This document shows positions 35,101 to 45,100 of a stretch of 64,000 nucleotides of DNA, piece by piece. Each line of letters starts with the position of its first letter. Position 1 is the stretch's first letter. The notes beneath the pieces are model-generated. The model ran no database searches and was not told the origin of the DNA. It saw nothing but the letters and a program-made list of their open reading frames with translations. The DNA is from Rhynchopus sp. YZ270_cl-10 (Eukaryota), in assembly GCA_964035575.1 (NCBI GenBank), contig OZ037837.1, forward strand, positions 930,001-994,000, given 5' to 3'. Position numbers and translations under genes: made by a program.

Positions 35101-37195
35101 CAGCATCCACATCCTCCTGCGTCAGCCCAACCTCGTCCAGCGAGTCCAGCACCAGCACCACCTCGTACGTCTCCGCAAGGTACGCACGGTCCGCCTCCCG
35201 CAGCGCAAACGACTCCAGCACAAACCTGTCCAGTCCTCCCTTCTCAAGCAGGTGCTGCTTCACAGTTGGTAGAGCCACAAACACAGGGAAGTACGGCTTC
35301 GCATCTCCATCCTTGTTGCTCTCGCTGCTGTCCTTCTTCGCAGATGATGCAAGGTCGCTCAGAATTGCAATCGAAGCAGACGTCTTCCCACTCCCTCCTT
35401 CTCCGATCACACACAGCACACCACACGTCCCTTGTCTTTCTTCTCTAGCCTCCACATCAGGCTTGCCCTCTGTGTCCGCTTCTGCCTGTGTGCACACGGA
35501 AGACATCTGCTTCACACCTCCACGTGCATGAAGCCACATCCGCACCTCCTCCATCAGCGGACGTGCCTCCGACTCATCCACACGTGTGTCGTCCCCCACA
35601 CGCCCCTCCACGTACTGCGCAAGGTAGTCCTCGAAGAACGCGACTGTGTGTCCCATCACCTCCTGCAGCGCACCCACCTGCTCAGCTGCACTCGTCTCAC
35701 CCACACCAGAACACACCTCCTGCATCACAATCACGTCAAAGCGCAGCCCCATCATCCGCAGCAGCGTCGGCGAAAGCTTCCACTGCACCCGGTACTCGAT
35801 GTTCGCTGTGTACAGCAGCTCGTCCTCCGAAGCATACACAGACGAGAACTTCACGTCTGCAGCACCCTCCTTCGCCACCACCACAAAGAACGTGCCACCC
35901 TTCCCGTACATGAAGCTCCGAGCCACATCCCGCTTCAGTGTTGTCGACGTGAAGCAGTTCCACACAATGTGCGTCCCCAACGCGTACTTCGCAGACACGT
36001 TCACATTGATCCCACGGAACACAGTCCGCAGCTGCTTCCGACGGCTCCCAATCAGCCGGTCCAGACCACGGATCAGCGGCGCAAAGGTCGCAATCACGTG
36101 CAGCTGCGGAGGTGCAGGTGACAGCTCAAACACGTTCGGTGCTGTCTTCTCAGGTGTCCCCTTCCACTCCTTCACCGCAGGCAGCTGCCCCACAGCACGC
36201 ATCGCAGTGTTCATCGTCATGTACAGCGCAAGCGACTGTGACTCAGCAGCACTTCCGTGGTGGTCCAGCACAGCCCGCTCCGTCAGACGGATGTACCGAA
36301 GCCTCCCGTCAGTCCCTTTCGCAATCTGCGGTGTCCTGTGCTCGTCACACACAACATCCCCACCGCTGTCCAGCACATACTCCACGCAGTCGGAAGTGAA
36401 CAGGAACCCTGACAGCAGCAACTCAAACGGGTCGCGTGCCGCCATCCAGTCCTCCACCTCCACGTGCCCACCACTTGACTCTGCAGCCCCCCTCCGTCCT
36501 CTGATGTCCTCCAGCAGACGCTTGCACACCACACGGAACCCCGCCTCCATGTGCCGCACGTGTTCGTCTGTGTAGCCCAACGGCGGATCCACCTTTGGCA
36601 GACCACGCAGCCAGCACAGCAGGTCTTGACCTCCACTGCTGTTGTTGTTGTTGTCCTCCTTCTTCTGCAGCCACTCCACCTTCCGTCCATCTGTGTGCCG
36701 CAGTGCACCTGTGTCCCCGTCAAGATCGTCCTCTCCCAGCTGTCTGTCTGCAGTCGAGGTACTCGTGTCTTTCGCCGTGCCCATGTGGGGGTCAGTAAGA
36801 GGTACTGGCGTTGCATCTCCACCGCTCCGTTCCACCGTCTCACCTGTTGTTGTTGTTGTTGTCGCAACACCGTCAGTGAGGTACACCTGCACAGCATCCT
36901 CCACCTCACCAAGGATCTCTGCTGCGTGCACCCCCAGCTCCGCCTCAAGTCGCCCCCGCACATCCGCGTCCCTGTGCTGCAGTGCGTACCACAGCGGCAC
37001 CTTCCCGTCCCTGTCACGCACGTTCCCTGCACCGTTCTGCACAAGAAACCGCACTGCCTCCACATCCCCCGCAATCACAGCACTGTGCAGCATTGTCCTC
37101 CCGTCCACACTGTCCACTGCGTCCACGGGCCTCTCCTTCTCTGTGATTGCCTTTGCAATCTCGTCCTTTTCAGTCTTCGACGCTCCGGACCCCAT
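32147..37195 (-). CDS. NLR-like STAND protein 1: ankyrin - R-S-E ADP-ribosyltransferase - NACHT - pentapeptide repeat - 14 WD40 (~1682 aa)
   Basis: Start MGSGASK. ANK DGRTMLHSAVIAGDVEAVRFLVQNGA. ART VFRG...WNCFTSTT...SEDELL. Walker A GEGGSGKT, Walker B VLVLDSLDE, VVTVR, LRNPF, FTFRHKSLGEHLAA. Pentapeptide EDLKRIRVSNCDLRGSLF. 14 WD40 units counted. Confidence 0.92.
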   Translation of the reverse strand: MGSGASKTEKDEIAKAITEKERPVDAVDSVDGRTMLHSAVIAGDVEAVRFLVQNGAGNVRDRDGKVPLWYALQHRDADVRGRLEAELGVHAAEILGEVEDAVQVYLTDGVATTTTTTGETVERSGGDATPVPLTDPHMGTAKDTSTSTADRQLGEDDLDGDTGALRHTDGRKVEWLQKKEDNNNNSSGGQDLLCWLRGLPKVDPPLGYTDEHVRHMEAGFRVVCKRLLEDIRGRRGAAESSGGHVEVEDWMAARDPFELLLSGFLFTSDCVEYVLDSGGDVVCDEHRTPQIAKGTDGRLRYIRLTERAVLDHHGSAAESQSLALYMTMNTAMRAVGQLPAVKEWKGTPEKTAPNVFELSPAPPQLHVIATFAPLIRGLDRLIGSRRKQLRTVFRGINVNVSAKYALGTHIVWNCFTSTTLKRDVARSFMYGKGGTFFVVVAKEGAADVKFSSVYASEDELLYTANIEYRVQWKLSPTLLRMMGLRFDVIVMQEVCSGVGETSAAEQVGALQEVMGHTVAFFEDYLAQYVEGRVGDDTRVDESEARPLMEEVRMWLHARGGVKQMSSVCTQAEADTEGKPDVEAREERQGTCGVLCVIGEGGSGKTSASIAILSDLASSAKKDSSESNKDGDAKPYFPVFVALPTVKQHLLEKGGLDRFVLESFALREADRAYLAETYEVVLVLDSLDEVGLTQEDVDAVVAEGGLLCRHPWVEAHCSVVVTVRGEYLKSVNVFPSGVCGASVRAVYMQPFTEVDARTYIERANTAWEKEHKKDSTSEEAVRAVFVREEDVEGLVQLRNPFVLHMACHAQCSGKASEEVIYETYLETWTKKEMASGAVAVADVSLEDVVRAGELVACRMLETNEWQGTVGVASQILDSQHGVCEAVRDACFRCLPFRIEDFGEERSAFTFRHKSLGEHLAARRLARDPAGTLGTLVQRSFSKDSQRVLGFFAALVCGDSVLYERACTELLATVKATRGSAGEGAVTAGSNAAALLARARIPVSGEDLKRIRVSNCDLRGSLFVETALTGASFSNCWLEHTEFHTCDMGGTLLPDCSLGTPLPTLRHDAGVAGVAVTPDGTKVITATYDGTLHVWSMSSGKLVLGFKAHPKCISAVAVTPDGSRIVSCSWDTTIRVWVIRTGKAACVLKGHSGRVTDVAVTPDSSKVVSCSQDSTVRVWNLSTGKKQKVLGLEGVAHRLAITPDGSRVVTCSGPALRVWDLATGKEVISYRRKDSCTGVLVLSVAVTLDGHHMVSCATDGTACLWSLSSGSEVMAFPAGPVLCAVAVTPDAAHVVAGSSNGTVHLWSTSTGKEVMRLEGHTSSANCVAVTRDGRHAVSCGDDSTARVWSLSAGKEALRPERHSGAVNGVAVASDGTIVSCGDHTLRMWDPCTGKQTRVFTGHTDTVHEVALCPDASRVVSCSADGTVRVWNVRTGGEVCALEGQRCVAVAPDGVQVLYVVLDKAVSVWSIADGKEVARFAGHTEAVRGVAVTPDGCHAVSCSSGERAVRMWKLHTGEETLVFDGHKAGVWGIALTPNGRHVVSCCEQRTHVWEVASGKEVLTTPRNCSRVAVTPDGAHVVSCRSFRTVHVWDITTGKEVAVIAEQSTKLRSLAVSPDGREVICGYLDSTVRIWGICNADGTIDGKTRLKRVIGATATVPRVSSCPGRDTVEPELARRILLDGAA

Positions 37196-38930
37196 CTTCC
37201 TGATGTGTACCTTGTTTGTTTGTTCACAGGTTGGTGTGCTGTCCCTGTTTGTGTGCTGTGATGTGTTCTGGGCAGTCTTGCTGTGTCCAGCACCCAAGCA
37301 GAGTCCTGCCTCCACACACAACTCTGCACACTGTTCCCACTCACCCCACCCCACTGACAGCGACCACACAGTACCACCACAACAATACAGTACCTCCCAT
37401 AGGACACTCTCCGCTGTCTCCACCCACCCCACCCCAGCAAGAACGCCAAAGGTGCTCTCGTGCTGCAACCACAGACAAGCTGAGGTGCCAGAAAAATGCA
37501 CGAAAACTGCGTCTCCTCTGCCTCTGTCTTCTCTCTATGCAACGCAAACACCTGGTCGTCGACCGACCCAGAGCTGGACCTGCAAGCATCCTTTGTCTAA
37601 AGAAACACCACAGACGCTTTCATCACGACCCCAAGAGAGAGTGGGGTGGGCATACACACAGAGAGGTGGGGATGTGGACAGTGGGTGGGGTCATTCGACG
37701 AATCGACACTATATAAACCCGACTGCGCAGTGCCAATACCAATGACAGCAACAGAGTCATGGTTAATATACTAGATGAGGGGGTAACCCGGTGTGGTGCA
37801 AGAGACAACAAACAGTTAGGGGGGGGACTCTGGGAGAGAGGTGGGGTGGCTGTATTCCCTCACATTCGTGCGGGACGGGGTGCTCCATCGTATTTTCCAA
37901 AAACGTACACCTGGGGACTCTGGGAGAGAGGTCCTTTTGTATTGCTCTTGAAAGGTTTAGGTGTATTAGCACTGCACTGAAGCAGCGCGATATAGAAGTA
38001 CGCAATGTCTGTTTACTCCACAACGCCTGCAAGAATGGAGCCTTTCCTCAACAGACCACATCTCATCCTCAATATGGTTTTACTGTGTTTTCAGCGTTTG
38101 ACAACATAATGAAAAACACCGTCCGTCTTTTGTTTAGTTGGTACGCTACCCACATCCTACGCACTGACAGCCAGGGGGCTTTTCTGGGGTAAGTTTAGCA
38201 TTTTGTTCATATAACAAAATCCTTTTCCACCCCCAAGTCGCACAGGAAGAAAAGTTTGGCAAAGACGAAGCGAAGGCTCGCGTACTTCATCACCAAAATA
38301 GAATCTGACTATTGACTTCCGGATATGACAGATGAGTAAAAAGATTTTGTTTTGCCTATAGACTACTATCACTAGATAGCAACCACGATTTTTTCTTCAG
38401 TAAATGGAAGCAGTACTAGAACAGAAGGAGTGTAAAAAGAAAAGAAAGAAAAAAACCAAACAACTTTTTTTTCCGTTTGTCGCTCTGCAAAGTTGTTGTG
38501 TTTTTTCCTTCGCAAAGTTCTGGTATGCAAGAGACAACAAACAGATACAAGGAGAGGAGCTCTTTTGCTTTGTTTTTTTTTCAAAACTTTGTTATAGTGT
38601 GGACACCCGAGGATGAGCGCCACCATGTTTTCCTTTTGAACTTGGCCACCATCCCTTTGTTCACAACTTCTCCAAGTGGTACGACTCTTTTGCGGCAGGC
38701 AACCGTATGAAGTGTCATTTCCACTGGGCGGTAGAAGGGCGGGCATTTACGTTCTTTTTCCAGTGTTCGTTTTGAAGGGGATGTGGGAGAGTTTCTGCAG
38801 CCCTGGCCCTGTTCAAAGAGGCCCTCCGTCCGTGAACTGAAAACAGAGAGATGTCTCAAAACATCCCAAAAAAAACTGCAAAAAAAAAGAAAAAGTTTAT
38901 AATTAGGCTAGTTGACGTCACGGACATTCG

Positions 38931-39150
38931 GGTATGGGAGGGTATGGGAGGATTTGGGAGGGTATGGGACAGTATGGGACGGTATGGGACAGTATGGGAC
39001 TGTATGGGACAGTATGGGACAGTATGGGACAGTATGGGACAGTGTGGGAGGATTTGGGAGGGTATGGGACAGTATGGGAGTGGTATGGGAGGGTATGGGA
39101 GGGTATGGGCGGGTATGGGAGTGGTATGGGAGGATTTTTGGAGGTTTGGG
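38931..39150. repeat. 10-bp GGGACAGTAT/GGGAGGGTAT degenerate array
   Basis: Seen directly. Confidence 0.9.
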
Positions 39151-39717
39151 AGTGGTTTGGGGGTCGTGCGTGCACTTAGGGTAGCTCGACTTTTTTTTCG
39201 TTTCCCGCTCGCTGACCCTGAAAAAAAAATGTGCGCGCGCGCAAAAAAAAAGTTTTTCCTGAAAAAAAGTTGACAAAAAAGTTGTGGGAACAGGGTGATC
39301 CTGTGGGTTTTTTATATAAAATCGCCTCAGGGGCCCCAAAAAACGGGTGACCCAAAACACAGTTTTTTGGCATTTCCGGAATCCGTCCAGAAAGTGGTGG
39401 GGTCGATGTCGAAAATTGGACAATTTTTTGACCACTTAAATTTTTGAAAATATGAGCCCAGTCACTAATAGCTGGGGCCCATTTTCGGCCAAAAAATGCT
39501 GCTGAAAAAAAATTTCAGGTGAAAATTTTTCACCCCAAGACATACCGCGATTGGCATTTCCGGAATCTGTCCGCGCTGTGGTGGGGTCAATTTGCCGTCG
39601 TCCAGCTGCAAATTCACAAATTATGGCCTTTCCGTATACCTCAAACCCAGACCGGCCCGGTTTGCAGTTCTCGTGTACAATTCGCACGCAAAAGAGAGCA
39701 ACTCCCACACCGATTAG

Positions 39718-39921
39718 GGGGACGGTACGGGACGGTATGGGACGGTATGGGACAGTATGGGACGGTATGGGACAGTGTGGGAGGGTATGGGAGTGGTATG
39801 GGAGGTACGGGAGGGTATGGGACGGTATGGGACAGTATGGGAGGGTACGGGAGGGTATGGGAGGGTATGGGACGGTATGGGGGGATTTGGGAGCGTTCGA
39901 GGGCGGTACGGGATGGTACGG
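39718..39921. repeat. Second 10-bp GGGAC(A/G)GTAT array, same orientation
   Basis: Seen directly. Confidence 0.9.
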
Positions 39922-40441
39922 AACAGGATTTCCCAGAAAATTCCTAAACCGACCCGTGGCGTCAACTAGCCTATTATAAGATGATCCTAAGCCTCTCGTG
40001 CTTAGTCACCTTAAATAATGAATACCACCAAAATTCCCAGTGTGCCATCATGTAAAAAGCCAATAAAAGGCCATCGTATTCCCACTCCAACGTTACGCGC
40101 AATATGATCACATGGCACATAGAAAGATAAAAGATTTGAACTAAAAACTGACCAAGATACGAAGATCTAAGTCTCGGGAGCAAAGTGATACAAGAATAAA
40201 GAGCGTGGGGATCAAAGAAGCAAAAAAAAGCAGAAAAAAAAGCGAGAAAAAAAACAGAAAAAAAATACATCGACACTGAGCTGACCACAACCCTTCCGCA
40301 AGTCATGAAACAAAGTTGCATTAGTAGGAAGTCATACAAATCCTTCCTTTTGTGGGAAAGTGCAAATTCAAAAATGAATACTAAACATGCAGAAATCAAA
40401 CAAGTTGTTGCACAGCTAGCCTCTCGAAAGAGGCACGTACC

Positions 40442-41653
40442 TCACATGCAGACACAATCGCGTTTGCTCTTCTTCTTGAGGCCAAGGCTGTCCACGGCAC
40501 TGCTCGATCCGGTGATGTTGATGCTGCAGTTACGTAAGTCGCAATAGTTAAGTCCTCCTCGCCCGATATGCGTCACACTCGCCCACCCAGACCAGTCCAG
40601 TGTTCGCAACGACCTGCAGTGGGTGACGAAGTCGTCGCCAATGTGGGTGAGATTATTCCACCCAGAAAAGTTGAGTTTTTTCAGTGCGTTGCAGCCGAAG
40701 AGGAAGCGGTTGCCTATGCGCGTGACATCCTTCCACGTGGAGAGGTCCAACTCGGTCAATGCTCGGCAGCTGAAGAGGAAGTCAGCTCCAACGTGTGTCA
40801 CGTTGTGCCACCCAGATAAGTCCAGTGTCGTTAATGCGCTGCACTCGTAGAGGAAGTAGTCTGCAATGTGCGTCACATTGCTCCACCCAGAGAAGTCCAG
40901 TGCTGTCAACGAACTGCAGTTGCGGAGGAAGTGGTTGCCGAACTGCGTCACATTGTTCCACCCAGCAATGTCAAGTGTTTGCAATCCGCTGCAGTTGTAG
41001 AGAAACGAGTTCTGGATGTGCGTCACATTGTTCCACCCAGACAAGTCAAGCCCGGTCAACGCACGGCAGCTGTAGAGGAAGGCAAACGCAATGTGCGTCA
41101 CATTGCTCCACCCAGACAAGTCAAGGGTTCGCAAAGCGCTGCAGCGCAAGAGGAAGTAATCCCCGGTGTGCGTCACATTGCTCCACCCAGATAGGTCAAC
41201 AGTGTGCAATAAACTGCAGTCGTGGAGGAAGTTGTCGCGTATTGCAGTCACAGCTAACACACCACTGAGATCCAGTTCTTCGAACGTGCTGCCCCCTAAG
41301 GTGTTAGGGGGGATCTCAGTAACAACTTCCGCCTGAAGAAACAAGTGAAGCAGCTTGGGATCTGCAAGACCTTCGAACCTCTCTGGCGTCAGGATCTCAC
41401 CCAAGTCACGAAGAGCTGCAATGGCGTCGTCCTTCTGCGACTTCGTCTTCGTCAGCACAACTGTGTCCCCAGCACTCAGCTGCGTCGTGTCGTCTCCTTC
41501 TGCCATCACCTTCCCGCCAAAGCTCACGTCAAAGCCGTCTTCGCACAACGCTGCTGCAGACGCTACCTTCCGCCGTATGTCCGCAGTTGTATCATCCACA
41601 TCCACCTCGATTGTGTACTTCTCTCCGTCAAAGCTCTCCGCACATATTTCCAT
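40442..41653 (-). CDS. UBL + 24-aa LRR protein with C-terminal polybasic CaaX motif (~403 aa)
   Basis: UBL-like MEICAESFDGEKYTIEVDVDDTT...; ~11 LxxLDLSGWxNVTHIxxxFLxxC repeats; ends KKKSKRDCVCM*. Confidence 0.88.
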   Translation of the reverse strand: MEICAESFDGEKYTIEVDVDDTTADIRRKVASAAALCEDGFDVSFGGKVMAEGDDTTQLSAGDTVVLTKTKSQKDDAIAALRDLGEILTPERFEGLADPKLLHLFLQAEVVTEIPPNTLGGSTFEELDLSGVLAVTAIRDNFLHDCSLLHTVDLSGWSNVTHTGDYFLLRCSALRTLDLSGWSNVTHIAFAFLYSCRALTGLDLSGWNNVTHIQNSFLYNCSGLQTLDIAGWNNVTQFGNHFLRNCSSLTALDFSGWSNVTHIADYFLYECSALTTLDLSGWHNVTHVGADFLFSCRALTELDLSTWKDVTRIGNRFLFGCNALKKLNFSGWNNLTHIGDDFVTHCRSLRTLDWSGWASVTHIGRGGLNYCDLRNCSINITGSSSAVDSLGLKKKSKRDCVCM

Positions 41654-42145
41654 GGCTTTGTACCTCTCTATTTTGTGCAGGTGTTTTGGGTGGGGCAGGA
41701 ACAAACAACAACAGAATTCGGTTTGGGTACCTACTGACTTAGTTGCTTTGTTTTCCCACAAGACAGCCAAATCAAGGAGAACTTCGTACGTAAAGGGGGG
41801 TGTGGTGTGGTGTGCAAGAGACAACAATAGTGTACAGATGTGGAAGTGGCAGTGCGTCTCACGCTCCCTAACTCACGTGGTCAACACGAACTAACATAAA
41901 CATCCACAAAACGAATAGAACACATGTGTAATCGTAGCACATCTTGGAAAAGATGTGAACATGAACAGACAGCACACGTGGTGCACTGTCGGTGTAACAC
42001 CTGGACCAGAAGCGTCTTCTGTCCTCGCACAACGCACCCGCAGTGGCATGAGGGCACCACCGCACGAGGCAGTGTCAACACCATTCGTGCTCTGCATGCG
42101 TCTTGGAAAAGAGGCAAACACAAAGAGCAAGTACGAACAGTGCGC

Positions 42146-45100
42146 TCACTCCTTGCTGTCCAAAAGAATCCGTCTCGCAAGTTCAGGTTCCACAGCATCA
42201 GCATTGCGACAGCCTAATGCACGAGGAACTGTTGGTGGGACACCGATCACTCTCTTCAGCCGCAACCCAGCAATCGTGCCGTCTTCCCCAGTGCAGATGC
42301 TCCACACACGCACGGTCTTGTCATCGCAACTACACATTACTTCGCGTCCCTCGGGGCTCACAGCAATACTGATGAAAGAAGCACCATGCCCTTGGATCGC
42401 TGCCACCTGCTCACCAGTGGTCATGCTCCACACACGAATAGTACCGGCACAGTGCCCAACGCAGGACACCACGTGAGCTCCATCAGGTGTCACTGCCGCT
42501 CCCAACACTGGAGCAGGATGCTCCAAGGTGAAGACCTCCTTCCCGCTGCCAACATCCCACACACGCACAGTTTTGTCCTTCGAGCGTGAAACAACACGGC
42601 CTCCATCGGGAGTCACAGCCACACCTTCGGCATAAGATGTGTGTCCTTCGAACACCATCGTCTCTTCTCCAGTGTGAAGTTTCCACATGCGTACGGTCTT
42701 GTCATCGGAGCACGACACCACATGCACTCCATCAGGAGTCACCGCCACTCCTTTGACGACGTCTGTGTGCCCTGTAAATACTGCCACTTCTTTGCCGGTC
42801 AGCATGCTCCACACACGGATAGTGTCATCGTGCATACACCAAAAGCCCGTCACCACGTGAGATGCATCGGGAGACACTGCCACGCGTCTCAGACCTGGCG
42901 ACTCCTTCAAAAAAACCGCAAACTCACTAGAATCTGAGCGTAAAGTCACTTCTTTCCCCGTCGCAACGTTCCGCACATGCACACTGCTTTCGACGTCATC
43001 GGAAGAGCAATGAACCTCATGAGATCCATCTGGGAACACTGTCACAGCAATACGATTCTTTGTGTCTGGTTCAAACACCTGTGTCTGCCTGCCGGTGGAT
43101 GCGTTCCACATGTGTATCCTCTTCTCACTGCGCGAAATGATAGATCCATCAGGGGTCGCTCCCACAGAATCCACTGAGGCTGGGTGTGCTTCGAAACCTG
43201 GTGTCTCCTTCCCGGTCGTGATGTTCCACACTCGGACCGTTTGTTCGTAGCTAGCGCATGAAACCACGTGGCGTCCATCTGGTGACACTGCCACTGCCTC
43301 TACACTATCGGTATGCCCTTGCAACGTCGTCACCTCCTTCCCGGTCGAAATGCTCCAAACGTGCACCATGCCGCTGCTGGATCCAGCCACTACGTGACAT
43401 CCATCGGGAGTGACTGCCACGCAAATCAAACAGTCGTCTCCATGTAACACCGTCACCTCTGCCCCTGTTGAGAGGTTCCAGAGATGTGCGTCCTTCTCAT
43501 AGCACGAAACAACATGGCATCCGTCGGGGGTGGCTGCCAGCTGGTTCGAAGACTCCACACAGCAAGGCCACTGCCTCTCCTGCTTCCCCGTGGCCAGATC
43601 CCATACGCACAGCTCCTCCTTAGAGCATGTCACAATGTTACTTCCGTCCATCGTGACAACCATGCTGCGAGCGCCAGGCGACGTTATTGCCAGCACTTCC
43701 TTCCCCGTCGAGAGATCCCACACACGCACGCCATCTCCAAACGAAGAGGAAACAACTTTAGAACTGTCGGGAGTGACTGCCACTTTGAGCACGTGGTGCT
43801 CGTGGCCTTCCAAGACAAACAAAGTCTCCCCAGTGTGCAAATTCCACACCCGCACAGCTTCATCCTGAGAGCAGGAAACTATGCGGGTTCCGTCAGGTGT
43901 CGCTGCCACTCCCCATACGCCAGCCGAATGTCCTTCCAAGACCAATGCTTCTTTCCCAGAGGACATGCTCCACACACGTATGCTTCCATCAGAGCAACCT
44001 GTCACCATTTGCGTGACATCGGGTGTTATGGTCACGCAATACGCTGTAACATACAGTGTGGGAAGTGGTGTGCCAAGGGAGCAGTCAGGCAGCAGCGTGC
44101 CACCCATGTCGCAGGTGTGGAACTCAGTGTGCTCCAGCCAGCAGTTCGAGAAGGAAGCGCCCGTCAGCGCCGTCTCCACAAACAGAGACCCGCGCAGGTC
44201 GCAGTTCGACACACGGATGCCCTTCAGGTCCTCCCCACTCACAGGGATGCGTGCACGTGCCAGCAGTGCTGCTGCATTCGACCCTGCTGTCACAGCACCC
44301 TCACCTGCACTGCCACGTGTCGCCTTCACAGTCGCAAGTAGCTCTGTGCAGGCACGTTCGTACAGCACACTGTCTCCACACACCAGCGCCGCAAAGAACC
44401 CAAGCACACGCTGCGAGTCCTTGCTGAAGCTCCGCTGCACCAGCGTCCCCAGTGTCCCTGCTGGATCACGTGCAAGCCGCCGTGCTGCAAGGTGTTCCCC
44501 AAGCGACTTGTGCCGGAACGTGAACGCACTCCGCTCCTCCCCAAAGTCCTCAATCCGGAACGGCAGGCAGCGGAAGCACGCATCACGCACAGACTCACAT
44601 ACACCGTGCTGCGAATCAAGAATCTGCGACGCCACACCCACAGTCCCCTGCCACTCGTTTGTCTCCAGCATCCTGCATGCAACAAGCTCCCCTGCACGCA
44701 CCACATCCTCCAAAGACACATCTACAACAGCAACTGCGCCAGATGCCATCTCCTTCTTCGTCCACGTCTCCAGGTAGGTCTCGTAGATCACCTCCTCAGA
44801 AGCCTTCCCGCTGCACTGTGCGTGGCACGCCATGTGCAACACAAACGGGTTCCGCAGCTGCACAAGTCCCTCAACGTCCTCCTCACGCACGAAGACTGCT
44901 CGCACTGCTTCCTCTGATGTGCCGTCCTTCTTGTGTTCCTTCTCCCAGGCTGTGTTTGCACGCTCGATGTACGTTCTCGCATCCACCTCTGTGAACGGCT
45001 GCATGTACACAGCACGCACACTAGCTCCGCATACACCAGACGGGAAAACATTGACGCTCTTCAGGTACTCACCACGCACAGTCACAACAACGCTGCAGTG

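Larger units (their letters stand above)
38904..39973. mobile_element. ~1.07-kb TIR element with internal 10-bp G-rich arrays
   Basis: TIRs TAGGCTAGTTGACGTCACGG...CCGTGGCGTCAACTAGCCTA flanked by TTATAA. A paralogous empty site lies at ~57251-57303. Confidence 0.8.

Noticed and set aside
37196..37501. N-terminal ORF extensions of the NLRs (and of the 41827, 54851, 59661 and 7946 ORFs)
   Set aside because: Most use non-ATG starts, the extensions are low-complexity or differ in frame between paralogues, and domain homology starts at the downstream ATG.
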